Below, in pieces: positions 39,696-49,111 of a stretch of 64,000 nucleotides of DNA. Position 1 is the first letter of the stretch. Each line of letters starts with the position of its first letter. Source of the stretch: an uncultured bacterium. Its GTDB lineage: Bacteria > Patescibacteriota > Minisyncoccia > Phycocordibacterales > Phycocordibacteraceae. Below the pieces are notes generated by a model. The model was not told the DNA's origin. It worked only from the letters and a program-made list of their open reading frames with translations, and did no database searches. The position numbers and the translations under genes are program-made. Where the stretch lies: assembly GCA_937879955.1 (NCBI GenBank), contig CALFMK010000001.1, forward strand, positions 267,766 through 331,765, in the 5' to 3' direction.

Positions 39696-42600
39696 ATGAC
39701 ACGATTCTGGAAATTCTTCATCGAGAAGCACCACTTCACGGTGCTCCTCGCCGTTGTGCTCATGCTCGCCGGCGTCGCGGCCGTGCTCGCCATCCCGAAG
39801 GAGTCCTCCCCCGAGGTGCAGATCCCTATCGGCTTCGTGACTACCGTGCTCCCGGGCGCGTCCGCTGAGGACGTCGAGCAGCTCATCACCGACAAGGTCG
39901 AGGACCGCGTCATCGGCATCGAGAACGTCTCGAAGGTCACCTCGACCTCCGGCGACGGCGTCTCCATGGTGGCCGTCGAGTTCAACGCGAGCGCCGATAT
40001 CGACAAGTCCATCCAGCTCCTCAAGGACGAGGTGGACAAGGTCCGTCCCGAGCTTCCCGAGGAAGCGGAGGATCCGACCGTGACGGAGCAGAACTCCGCG
40101 GACCAGCCTATCCTGATCATCTCGATCGCAGGCGAGCTCGCGCCGGCCGAACTCACGAAGCTCGGCGACACGGTCGCCGACGAGCTCGAGCGCGTCCCGG
40201 GCGTCTCTTCGGTCGAGCTCTCGGGCGTCCGCGAGCGCCAGGTGCAGGTGATTGTCGAGCAGGCGAAGCTCCGCCAGTACGGCCTCACCATCAGCGACGT
40301 CACGAACGCCATCCGCGCGTCCGGCGTCGCGTCCCCGGCAGGCTCCATCACGGTCGACGACGTCCGCTACGCGGTGCGCCTTGAGGCCGGCCTCACGGAT
40401 ACCGACCAGGTCGGCGCGATCGCGCTTGCCGGTCCCGGAGGTTCCTCCATACGCGTCCGCGACGTGGCGGACGTGATCGACGGCCTTGCTGACGCGGCGA
40501 CGTACTCCCGCGTGTCCGTCGAGGGCGCGCCGTCGGCTCCGTCGCTCACCCTCTCCATCAAGAAGAGCCGGGGCGGCAACATCCTCGAGACGGGCGATGG
40601 CGTGAAGGAGAAGCTCAAGGAGCTCGAGCAGGGCCCGCTCTCCGGCACCGATACCGTCATCTCGTACGACGCGGCGGACGACATCGCGCACGATCTCAAG
40701 GAGCTCTCGCGCGTGGGCCTCGAGACCGTGACGCTCGTGATCCTCATGCTCTTCCTCACGCTCGGCTGGAGGGAGTCCCTGGTCGCGGCCGCATCGATCC
40801 CGCTCTCGTTCCTCATCGCCTTCATCGGGCTCGCGGCCTCTGGCAACACGATCAACTTCATCTCCCTCTTCTCGCTCATCCTCGCGATCGGCATCCTCGT
40901 GGACTCCGGCATCGTGGTGGTCGAGGCGATCCATACCCGTCTCGCGTCCCTGAGGAACAAGAAGGCCGCGGCCGTCGCCGCCATCAAGGAGTACGCATGG
41001 CCGCTCATCGCCGGCACCTCGACGACCATCGCCGTGTTCGTGCCGCTCTTCTTCCTCTCGGGCATCCTCGGCAAGTACGTGGCATCCATCCCGTTCACGG
41101 TCATCTTCGTGCTCATCGCGTCCATCTTCGTCGCGCTCGGCCTCGTGCCGCTGCTCGCGATGTACGTCGTGCGCGCCGAGTCCTCGAAGCTCGAGGAGCG
41201 CCAGGAGGAGATCAACGAGAAGGCCAAGGCATGGTACGAGCACTTCCTCCGCGGCATCCTCGCGGACAAGAAGCGCCAGAACCGGTTCATCGGCCTCATG
41301 ATCGGCCTGTTCGTGGTCTCCTTGCTGCTTCCCGTGTTCGGCCTCGTGAAGGTGGTGTTCTTCCCTGCCGAGGACTCCGACCTCGTCTACATCGAGATCG
41401 AGAAGCCGCAGGGCACCGCGCTCACCGACACTGACCTCGCGGCGCGCGAGGTCGAGGAGATCCTGTATGGCGATCCGCGCATCGAGTCCTTCGTGACCGG
41501 CGTGGGCGCAGGCTCGAGCTTCAGCGGCAGCGGCGCGTCCGGCAGCAAGCTCGCGAACGTCACCGTGAACCTCAAGGAGGACCGGAAGCAGACGAGCCAG
41601 GAGATCGTGAGCGACCTCCGCAAGGAGCTCGCCGGCATCACCAGCGCGCGCATCGTCGTGTCGGAGCCGGCCGGCGGCCCGCCGACGGGAGCCGCGGTCT
41701 CCGTCACCTTCTCGGGCGACGATCTCGCCGCGCTCGGCACCGCGAGCGACGCCGCTGCGCGCGTCCTCTCTGAGGTACCGGGAACGACCAACGTACAGAC
41801 GTCCATGAAGGACGACGGCGCGGAGTTCGTGGTGCGCCTCGACTCTGCGAAGGCTGCTGAGCTCGGCGTCTCCCCGCTCGCGGTCGCCGACACGCTCCGC
41901 AGCGCGCTCTACGGCTCGAAGGCAACCGACATACGCACCGGAGACGACGACATCGAGGTGCGCACCAAGCTCGACCTCAATCCCGACTACCGCGACCCGT
42001 CGGAGACCGCGAACGCGACCATCGACGCGGTCCGCAGCCTCACCGTCCAGGGCACGAGCGGTCCCGTGCCGCTCACGTCGGTAGCCGCCATCGAGTACGA
42101 GCAGGCGAACGCCGTGATCCGTCACGAGGACGGGACCCGCATCGCGACGCTCACCTCCGACGCGCTCGCAGGCGCGAACCCGATCGAGATGGCTTCGGCC
42201 TTCGAGAAGCAGATGGAGAGCGTCGCGCTCCCTGAGGGCGTCACGATGAAGATCGGCGGCGAGAGCGAGGACGTGAACAAGTCGTTCGGCGAGATGGGCC
42301 TCGCGCTCCTCGCAGGCCTCGCGCTCATGCTCGCCATCCTCGTGCTCGAGTTCAACTCGTTCCGCCAGTCGCTCTACCTGCTCTCGATCATCCCGCTCTC
42401 GCTCGTCGGCGTGTTCTTCGGGCTCATGGTGACCGGCTCGCCGCTCTCCTTCCCGTCGATGCTCGGCGTCATCGCGCTCGCGGGCGTGATCATCAACCAC
42501 GCGATCATCCTCATGGACTCGATCGCGCGCATCAGCGAGGAGGATCACTCGAAGAGCCTCACCGACGTGGTCATCGAGGCGGCATCGACCCGCTTCCGCC

Positions 42601-42803
42601 CGATCATCCTCACGACGGTGGTGACCGTGGTCGGCATGATCCCGCTCTCGTTCGCGTCCGCCATCTGGGGACCCCTCGCGTTCGCGATCATGTTCGGCCT
42701 CTCGTTCTCCCTCCTCCTCACGCTCGTCTTCGTCCCGATCATCTATCACCGATGGCCAGGCAAGGACGTGCTGAAGCGGTACGAGCACGCGAAGCCGGAA
42801 TAG
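39696..42803 (+). CDS. RND family permease (AcrB/SwrC-like)
   Basis: 1035 aa; AIGILVDSGIVVVE, GVIINHAIILMD, RFRPIILTT. Confidence 0.95.
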   Translation: MTRFWKFFIEKHHFTVLLAVVLMLAGVAAVLAIPKESSPEVQIPIGFVTTVLPGASAEDVEQLITDKVEDRVIGIENVSKVTSTSGDGVSMVAVEFNASADIDKSIQLLKDEVDKVRPELPEEAEDPTVTEQNSADQPILIISIAGELAPAELTKLGDTVADELERVPGVSSVELSGVRERQVQVIVEQAKLRQYGLTISDVTNAIRASGVASPAGSITVDDVRYAVRLEAGLTDTDQVGAIALAGPGGSSIRVRDVADVIDGLADAATYSRVSVEGAPSAPSLTLSIKKSRGGNILETGDGVKEKLKELEQGPLSGTDTVISYDAADDIAHDLKELSRVGLETVTLVILMLFLTLGWRESLVAAASIPLSFLIAFIGLAASGNTINFISLFSLILAIGILVDSGIVVVEAIHTRLASLRNKKAAAVAAIKEYAWPLIAGTSTTIAVFVPLFFLSGILGKYVASIPFTVIFVLIASIFVALGLVPLLAMYVVRAESSKLEERQEEINEKAKAWYEHFLRGILADKKRQNRFIGLMIGLFVVSLLLPVFGLVKVVFFPAEDSDLVYIEIEKPQGTALTDTDLAAREVEEILYGDPRIESFVTGVGAGSSFSGSGASGSKLANVTVNLKEDRKQTSQEIVSDLRKELAGITSARIVVSEPAGGPPTGAAVSVTFSGDDLAALGTASDAAARVLSEVPGTTNVQTSMKDDGAEFVVRLDSAKAAELGVSPLAVADTLRSALYGSKATDIRTGDDDIEVRTKLDLNPDYRDPSETANATIDAVRSLTVQGTSGPVPLTSVAAIEYEQANAVIRHEDGTRIATLTSDALAGANPIEMASAFEKQMESVALPEGVTMKIGGESEDVNKSFGEMGLALLAGLALMLAILVLEFNSFRQSLYLLSIIPLSLVGVFFGLMVTGSPLSFPSMLGVIALAGVIINHAIILMDSIARISEEDHSKSLTDVVIEAASTRFRPIILTTVVTVVGMIPLSFASAIWGPLAFAIMFGLSFSLLLTLVFVPIIYHRWPGKDVLKRYEHAKPE

Positions 42804-42812
42804 GCAGCTACG

Positions 42813-42848
42813 GAAAAGACCGGCCCGCGCATGCGGGCCGGTCTTTTC
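42813..42848. terminator. Bidirectional terminator
   Basis: GAAAAGACCGGCCCGC-gcat-GCGGGCCGGTCTTTTC. Confidence 0.9.
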
Positions 42849-42859
42849 ATATCGTCTCG

Positions 42860-43576
42860 CTAGCTACGAGCCTCTGCGCTCGCGCCCGCATAGAGCGAGG
42901 AGCGCAGGCGCTCGAGCATGAGCGCCCACTGACGGGCCTCGACGGAGGCCTCGCCTCCTCCGGCTACTGCGGTCTCCGCGAGCTCGTCCCTGATGGCAGA
43001 CTGCTCCTTCTCGATGCGTGCCTCGAGCTCGGCGCGGCTCTCGTAGGTCGGCATGAGGAACGCGTACCACGGGTAGCGCACGGTCGCGTTCCCTTCGGCG
43101 TCCACCGTCGCCGTCACCATGATGCTCGCCGGTATGAAGCCGAGGAACTTCGCGTCCGTCTTATAGCGCACGGTCAGCTCATTATTCTCGAGCGCCGCCG
43201 ATTCGAGGCGCTCGTCGTCCTTCACGCTCGAGCCCGCGTACGCCTCGAGGGCGGCCGCGGTATGCACGTCTGCCGCGTCGTTCACCGAGTACTCGGCGCT
43301 CTCGACCTGCTTCCGGTCGAGGTCGAATCCGAGCGTCGCGCTCGCTGCCGCAGAACCGGACGTCGTCGCGGCAGTGGTGTGCCCGATGTCCGCACCCATT
43401 CCAGCATCGACGGTCGTCGTTGCGCCGAGTATCGGCATACCGCTCGATGCCGAGCCCGTCCCGGAATCGAGCCTTACGCCGGCAGAAGCGTCGAGAAGCT
43501 GTGCCTGCGCACCGTTCGCCACAAAGAGCCCCAAGGAGAGGGCGAGCGCCAGGGCACTCTTGTTCATGATGTTCAT
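42860..43576 (-). CDS. Secreted hypothetical protein
   Basis: Signal peptide ending AQA, A/T/S-rich linker, AKFLGFIP..VRYPWY domain. Confidence 0.75.
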   Translation of the reverse strand: MNIMNKSALALALSLGLFVANGAQAQLLDASAGVRLDSGTGSASSGMPILGATTTVDAGMGADIGHTTAATTSGSAAASATLGFDLDRKQVESAEYSVNDAADVHTAAALEAYAGSSVKDDERLESAALENNELTVRYKTDAKFLGFIPASIMVTATVDAEGNATVRYPWYAFLMPTYESRAELEARIEKEQSAIRDELAETAVAGGGEASVEARQWALMLERLRSSLYAGASAEARS

Positions 43577-43660
43577 TCTGGAGTAGCTAAGGAAATAACC
43601 GGCAGATGCCGTACAGGAAGAGCGTGTCACGAGACGCATTAAGACCTCATGAAGACGGTA

Positions 43661-44665
43661 CTATCCCGGGAACGTGACCGTGAAGACCGTCCCCGAGCCA
43701 GGTTCTGACTTCACCGTAAGGCTCGCGCTATGGAGCTCGGCCACCTGCCGGGCGATGCTCAGGCCGAGACCGAATCCGTTGCCCTCGGGATGGTCGCCGC
43801 GGAAGAACGGCTCGAACACGTACGGCAGGTCCTTCGCGGGTATGCCCGGGCCGGTGTCCGCGACGCTGAGGACCGTAGCCGCCCCTTCGCACGCGACGCT
43901 CACCGTGACAGCCTCTCCGGGCGCCGTGTACTGGACCGCATTCTTTACCAGGTTCATGACGAGACCCTCGAGCGCGATTGCGTTCCCTTTCACCGTGCCC
44001 GTTCCGTCGAAACGCGTCACGAACGAGACCTCCCGCTCGCGCGCGTCCCCGTCCATGACCGAGAGCACGCGCTCTACAGCTTGGACGAGCGAGACGTCCG
44101 CGACGTCCGGGATCTCCTTGCGGGACCTGAGCAGCGAGAACGTGAGCAGGAACTGGATGGTCGCCGTGAGCCGATCGGTCTCCTCGAGATTGCTGCGGAT
44201 GATAGCGACGGCCCTCTCCTGCGTGAGGAGCTCCGGATTGCGGAGCGCGACCTCCGACATGTTCTTCATGACCGCGAGCGGCGTGCGCAGCTCGTGCGAA
44301 ACGATGCCGATGAAATGCTTCTGCAGCTCCGAGGCGCGGCGCACCGGACGGAGCGCGAACTCCGTGAGGTAGTAGGTCGCGATGACGAACACGACCACGG
44401 TCACCAGGCGGCGCTGCTTCACGTCCTCCTGGTACTCGAGGTACGCCTCCTCGACCGGCTCGCCCGTCTCGTACCGCGTCACATCGATGATCGACTGCAC
44501 CCCGATCGAGCCGAGCACCCATCCGAAGAGCATGAAGATGACCGCGCCCACGAGGAGGTACAGCCCCATGAGCTGGAAGCGGACGGTACGGAACGGGTCG
44601 CTGAGGACCCGTCCCTTAAATGCGGTAACCGCGTCCGCGAACCGTTCGAATGACCGGGTGGGCAT
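43661..44665 (-). CDS. Sensor histidine kinase
   Basis: SHELRTPL, NLVKNAVQY, DTGPGI, GFGLGL. Confidence 0.95.
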   Translation of the reverse strand: MPTRSFERFADAVTAFKGRVLSDPFRTVRFQLMGLYLLVGAVIFMLFGWVLGSIGVQSIIDVTRYETGEPVEEAYLEYQEDVKQRRLVTVVVFVIATYYLTEFALRPVRRASELQKHFIGIVSHELRTPLAVMKNMSEVALRNPELLTQERAVAIIRSNLEETDRLTATIQFLLTFSLLRSRKEIPDVADVSLVQAVERVLSVMDGDAREREVSFVTRFDGTGTVKGNAIALEGLVMNLVKNAVQYTAPGEAVTVSVACEGAATVLSVADTGPGIPAKDLPYVFEPFFRGDHPEGNGFGLGLSIARQVAELHSASLTVKSEPGSGTVFTVTFPG

Positions 44666-45287
44666 GATAGAGGCTTAGCTTCTTCCTGAGGTTGCTGATA
44701 TGGACGTCGACGATGTTCGAGTACGACGTATCCTTTATACCCCAGAGGTGCGAGGACAGCGCGTCGCGCGAGAGCGGCTGGCCCGCGTTCTCCATGAGGA
44801 GCGCGAGGAGCTCGAACTCGGTCGGGGTGAGCGACAGCACCTCCTTCCCGCAGGTCGCCTGCCGCGTCTTGCGGTCTACCGACAGGCCGTCGAGGACGAT
44901 CGGCGTGCCGGCGCTGCGGGTCTGCGTACGCCGTGCCACCGCCCGCAGGCGGGCCATGAGCTCCTCGAACTCGAACGGCTTCGTGAGGAAGTCGTCCGCG
45001 CCGCTGTCGAGCGCCTTCACCTTGTCCTCGAGCGTGTCCCGCGCCGTGAGGATGATGATCGGGAGAGCGACACCCTGCGCGCGCAGCGACTCGCACACCT
45101 CGAACCCGTTCTTCCGCGGAAGCATGAGGTCGAGGATCATGGCCGAGAATGCCGCCGAGTCCTCGAGCACGCCCTCCTCGGCCAGGAGGCCGTTATGGAA
45201 GACCTCCACCTCGTATCCCTCGCCCTCGAGGCCTTCCTTCAGGGTCTGTGCGAGCTTCCGCTCATCCTCAACCAGTGCGATGCGCAT
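44616..45287 (-). CDS. OmpR-family response regulator
   Basis: LVEDE, ILDLMLP, GADDFLTKPF, IRTVRGRGY. Confidence 0.96.
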   Translation of the reverse strand: MRIALVEDERKLAQTLKEGLEGEGYEVEVFHNGLLAEEGVLEDSAAFSAMILDLMLPRKNGFEVCESLRAQGVALPIIILTARDTLEDKVKALDSGADDFLTKPFEFEELMARLRAVARRTQTRSAGTPIVLDGLSVDRKTRQATCGKEVLSLTPTEFELLALLMENAGQPLSRDALSSHLWGIKDTSYSNIVDVHISNLRKKLSLYHAHPVIRTVRGRGYRI

Positions 45288-45334
45288 GATGCCCCCAGCA
45301 TAGCAACTGCAGGGCCCGTGGTATACCTAAGGGC

Positions 45335-46000
45335 ATGTTCAGCCAGCTCGAGGCACTGCTTATCTCGTACGCCGGGATCCTCCCCCTCCCCGTATTCGCG
45401 GCAGTAGCGTCCTTCGCCGAGGAGATCGTGGCGCCCATCCCGTCAGGGCCGGTGATGCTCGTCATGGGCTCCCTGGCCGCCGTGCAGGGATATGCCCTCC
45501 CCGCGCTCGCGGGACTCGCGGTCACGGCTGCCGCCGGCAAGCTCGCCGGCGCCCTCGTCGTCTACGTCGTCGCGGACAAGGCCGAGGACGTGATACTGAC
45601 CCGCTTCGCGAAGTTCTTCGGCATAACGCATGCGCAGATCGAGAGTTTCGGGAACCGGCTCGGGAACGGCTGGAAGGACTACGTGCTCCTCACGCTCCTG
45701 CGCGCGCTCCCCTTCGTGCCGAGCGCCGTCATCTCCGCAGGCAGCGGCCTCCTGAAGGTGCGCCTCAGGCTCTTCGTCGTGGCGACGTTCCTAGGGTCCA
45801 TACTCCGTGACTTCGCGTTCCTCTACGTCGGCTTCATCGGTCTCGAGAGCGCCACGATGCTCGTCTCGCAGTTCGATACCGCCGAGTCGCTGCTCCAGGC
45901 GGCCATAGTCGCGGGCGTCATCGTCGCAGGCGCAATCTATCTATACATGCACCAGAAGCACGTGCGCACGAAGAGAACGTCACGCCGTGAAGAGCCCTAG
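45335..46000 (+). CDS. DedA/VTT family membrane protein
   Basis: EEIVAPIPS, LRALPFVP..ISAGSG. Confidence 0.85.
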   Translation: MFSQLEALLISYAGILPLPVFAAVASFAEEIVAPIPSGPVMLVMGSLAAVQGYALPALAGLAVTAAAGKLAGALVVYVVADKAEDVILTRFAKFFGITHAQIESFGNRLGNGWKDYVLLTLLRALPFVPSAVISAGSGLLKVRLRLFVVATFLGSILRDFAFLYVGFIGLESATMLVSQFDTAESLLQAAIVAGVIVAGAIYLYMHQKHVRTKRTSRREEP

Positions 46001-46410
46001 ATAAGGAGCATCGCGCCTATCGCGATCATGAGCGCGCCGAGCGCGGCCTTCCAGGTGAACTGGGTGCCGAGGAAGAGCACCGAGAATATGAGCACGAAGA
46101 TGACGCTCGTGCGGTCGATGGCGGATACGCCAGGCGCAGGACCCATCTTGAGCGCGGCGAACATGGCGAGCCAGGACAAGGCTCCGGCGATGCCCGAGAG
46201 TGCGATGAACAGGAGCGCCTTACCGGGCGGCAGGTTCCCGAGATCGAACTTCCCGAGCCCGAGCGAGACCGCGACGAGGAACGCCGCCATGATAATCGCG
46301 CGCAGGGTTGTAGCGAACGTCGTATCGACGCCCTGGAGCCCGATCTTCGCGAGGATCGCGACGAGGGCGGCGAAGAATGCGCCCATGAGCGCGAAGAGCA
46401 TCCAGGTCAT
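45997..46410 (-). CDS. EamA/DMT family small transporter
   Basis: AILAKIGL..ATTLR..ALSW..ALKMG..IDRTSV. Confidence 0.88.
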   Translation of the reverse strand: MTWMLFALMGAFFAALVAILAKIGLQGVDTTFATTLRAIIMAAFLVAVSLGLGKFDLGNLPPGKALLFIALSGIAGALSWLAMFAALKMGPAPGVSAIDRTSVIFVLIFSVLFLGTQFTWKAALGALMIAIGAMLLI

Positions 46411-46422
46411 GTCCTCCACTGC

Positions 46423-46761
46423 TTAGCCGATTAGCTCATTAACCGGCATAACCTCGATCCACGCGCCAGGAATCCCGAAGTGCGGATGATCCTTGAACAT
46501 CGCGACCGCCGCATCGAGCGAGCCTGCCTCGACGAACGAGTACATCATAATGTCGTTGCGCGCATCCTCTACTCCCTCTGCAGTGACACGCTTGGGCTTC
46601 CCGACACCCGCGGTCCCCGTGACCGTGTCCGCATGGGCCGCCATCCAGGCGTCCCAATCGGTTTTCATCGCGAGCTCCTGAGACTTCCGCTCTTCCTCAG
46701 GGAGCTGCATCCACTGATCAAGGCCCGTGTGAGGCATCTGATAGGTGACGAAGAATTTCAT
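46423..46761 (-). CDS. YCII-like protein
   Basis: YSFVEAGSLDAAVAMFKDHPH..IEVMP. Confidence 0.7.
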   Translation of the reverse strand: MKFFVTYQMPHTGLDQWMQLPEEERKSQELAMKTDWDAWMAAHADTVTGTAGVGKPKRVTAEGVEDARNDIMMYSFVEAGSLDAAVAMFKDHPHFGIPGAWIEVMPVNELIG

Positions 46762-46818
46762 ATGCTTTGAGTATACAGGACCCGCATCAGACGCAACGGG
46801 CGGTGTCCGTAAACAGCC

Positions 46819-47247
46819 CTAGCAGGACAGCTCCTTCACCGCGATCGTGAGGATGTTCGTACCGGAGCACGTGCCCGTAGAGCTGTAGACGCAGAGGTTC
46901 CCTACCGATGCCGACGGGCTCACGGTCCGCAGGTCGATGTGCACGTTCGTGCCGCTCGAGAAATTGTTCCAGTCATACACGTTGTTCGAGCACGGAGGAG
47001 TCGGCCAGGAGGAGAGGTATGGCGAGAGGCCCGTCGGCATACCGCCGATACCCGCATCAGGCGGGTAGACGCCGTTGTCGGCGAAATAGGCTTCCGCGGC
47101 ATTCCGTATCTCGCGCATCTGCGCGATGGCCTGCGTATAGCGCGTCCGCGCGCGGGCCGTATTCAGGGACGCGAGGACGACCGAAGAAAGGATGCCGATG
47201 ATGGCGATCACCACAAGGAGCTCGATCAGCGTGAATCCTTTATGCAT
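46819..47247 (-). CDS. Type IV pilin / pseudopilin
   Basis: KG^FTLIELLVVIAIIGILSSVVLASL prepilin motif; C-terminal cysteines. Confidence 0.93.
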   Translation of the reverse strand: MHKGFTLIELLVVIAIIGILSSVVLASLNTARARTRYTQAIAQMREIRNAAEAYFADNGVYPPDAGIGGMPTGLSPYLSSWPTPPCSNNVYDWNNFSSGTNVHIDLRTVSPSASVGNLCVYSSTGTCSGTNILTIAVKELSC

Positions 47248-47284
47248 AGGTAGATGATACCGCACCCTCGCGAGGGAACGGCGG

Positions 47285-47857
47285 CTATGGCCGCTCCGCG
47301 ATGTACCGGAGTATCGGGTGCTCCAGAAGCTTCCGCCCGGACGTCACGCGGCGGAAGACATGCATGAATCCGACGAAGAGCGCGCACCCAATCGCTGTAC
47401 CTGTCGTGTTGAACAGCACGTCATTGATATCAGCGACGCGGAACGTGATGCCGGCCATGAGTCCGGTTGAAAGCTGCAGCGACTCGATGATCACGCTTAC
47501 GAGCGCACCTGCCAGGACCACTCTCGCAAGGCGGACCGTGACCACGAACGGCAGCCCGAACCCAAACGGCACGAAGAGCAGGATATTAAGGAGCGAGGTG
47601 TGCAGGTCGCCGGCCCCGAGCGTCGCGAGCGGGATCAGGTTCAGCGCTTCCCCTGCCGCATATCCCTGCAGCATGAGGCCAGGCATGACGTACTGGAGGA
47701 GAAGCAGGGTCTGGTACTGGAACAGCGTGTAATCGAGGACCTTGAAGAGATAGACGTAGAAGGCCGTGAAGAAGAGCACGTATACGAGGCTCGCGCGCTT
47801 CTTCCGCCGAAGGTACAGGACGATACCGAGCCAGATCAGGAAAAAGATGGCTGCCAT
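47285..47857 (-). CDS. VanZ family protein
   Basis: LNLIP, NILLFVPFG, IESLQ, DINDVLFNTTG. Confidence 0.9.
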   Translation of the reverse strand: MAAIFFLIWLGIVLYLRRKKRASLVYVLFFTAFYVYLFKVLDYTLFQYQTLLLLQYVMPGLMLQGYAAGEALNLIPLATLGAGDLHTSLLNILLFVPFGFGLPFVVTVRLARVVLAGALVSVIIESLQLSTGLMAGITFRVADINDVLFNTTGTAIGCALFVGFMHVFRRVTSGRKLLEHPILRYIAERP

Positions 47858-47889
47858 AGGCTCTATCGTTCAGCTAGGTAGAGAAATTC

Positions 47890-48369
47890 TTAGGGAAGCT
47901 CGATGAGCGCCTCGTACGCTTGCTGTGGAGGCACGTGCTCCGGAGACGCTTCCTCGAAGCGCTTGCGCTCGACGCGATACATGGCTCCTTCCGCCACGAT
48001 CCGGTACCGGTAGCCGAGCCCCGCGTAATAGCACTGGGCCGCGCTCGTACCCGCAAGGCTCCCCTCTTCCGGGTCAGGTAGCACGCTGCAGCCGCCAGGC
48101 ACGGTATCGACCCTCGTATCCCGCACCTGTCCGTCTGGATAGGTCGCGCGCAGCGAGACGCTGGTTTGCGGCTGGCCGTCCGGATTCAGGGTGCCGTCCT
48201 CTTCGAACGTCCACGCGAACGAGGCCGGGGCCTCGCGAGCCGTATCTGCAGGATTCTCCTCGTGATCCCTGCTAGGCGCGTACGTCGTGTACGCGAATAC
48301 GCAGAGGCCGATAAGGATAATCAGGCCGAATACGACGGCCCTGCCCATGAAGAATGCTCGTGCGTCCAT
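47890..48369 (-). CDS. Membrane-anchored hypothetical protein
   Basis: N-terminal TM; GC...CYYAG.G motif; TATAAT 6 nt before the ATG. Confidence 0.72.
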   Translation of the reverse strand: MDARAFFMGRAVVFGLIILIGLCVFAYTTYAPSRDHEENPADTAREAPASFAWTFEEDGTLNPDGQPQTSVSLRATYPDGQVRDTRVDTVPGGCSVLPDPEEGSLAGTSAAQCYYAGLGYRYRIVAEGAMYRVERKRFEEASPEHVPPQQAYEALIELP

Positions 48370-48428
48370 GGAGCGATTATACCCAAGAGCCGCCTGTCGC
48401 GTCATCCGGGAAGGACAGCTGGATCGGA

Positions 48429-49109
48429 CTATCCTTTCTTCGCGCCCCCTGCGATGACGCGTCCGTCGTCGATGCGCACGATCCTCTCTGCGGATTCCGC
48501 GAACCCTTCCTCATGCGTCACCATGATGATGGTCTGGCCAGCCGCATGCAGCTCGTTGAAGATCTCGAGGATGGTCTGGGACGATTCGTTGTCGAGGTTT
48601 GCCGTCGGCTCGTCCGCGAATATGATCGACGGGTTGTGCGACACCGCGCGCGCGATCGATACGCGCTGCTGCTCGCCTCCTGAGAGCTGCGAGGGAAGAT
48701 TGTCGAGCCGATGATCCAGGCGCACGCGCGCGAGCGCCTTCCGCGCGCGGTCGTACGCCTCGGCATGCCTCATGCCCTGCATGAGGAGCGGGAGCGCGAC
48801 GTTCTCGATCGCCGTGAGTTCGGGGAGGAGCGCATAGTCCTGGAAGACGAACCCGAACCGGTTCAGCCTGAAGACGGACTTCTCCTTCATGGTCATGTTC
48901 TTCACGTCGACGCCGTCGATCGTCACCTCTCCCCCGTCGGGCTCGTCGAGCAGGGACAGCTGGTACAGCAGCGTGCTCTTCCCGGCTCCCGAGCGGCCCA
49001 TGATGGCCACGAACTCCCCGGTCTCGGCCCGGAAGTCCACGCCCTTGAGCACCGGGGTCTTCACCTCTCCGGTCACGAACGTCCGCGTCAGGTTCTTGGT
49101 TTCAATCAT
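48429..49109 (-). CDS. ABC exporter ATP-binding protein (MacB/LolD-like)
   Basis: GRSGAGKST, LSGGEQQRV, ADEPT, VTH. Confidence 0.95.
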   Translation of the reverse strand: MIETKNLTRTFVTGEVKTPVLKGVDFRAETGEFVAIMGRSGAGKSTLLYQLSLLDEPDGGEVTIDGVDVKNMTMKEKSVFRLNRFGFVFQDYALLPELTAIENVALPLLMQGMRHAEAYDRARKALARVRLDHRLDNLPSQLSGGEQQRVSIARAVSHNPSIIFADEPTANLDNESSQTILEIFNELHAAGQTIIMVTHEEGFAESAERIVRIDDGRVIAGGAKKG

Positions 49110-49111
49110 GG

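Noticed and set aside
44616-44665. 50-bp overlap between the response regulator and the kinase as a possible frameshift
   Set aside because: Both proteins are complete; overlap of this kind is ordinary translational coupling
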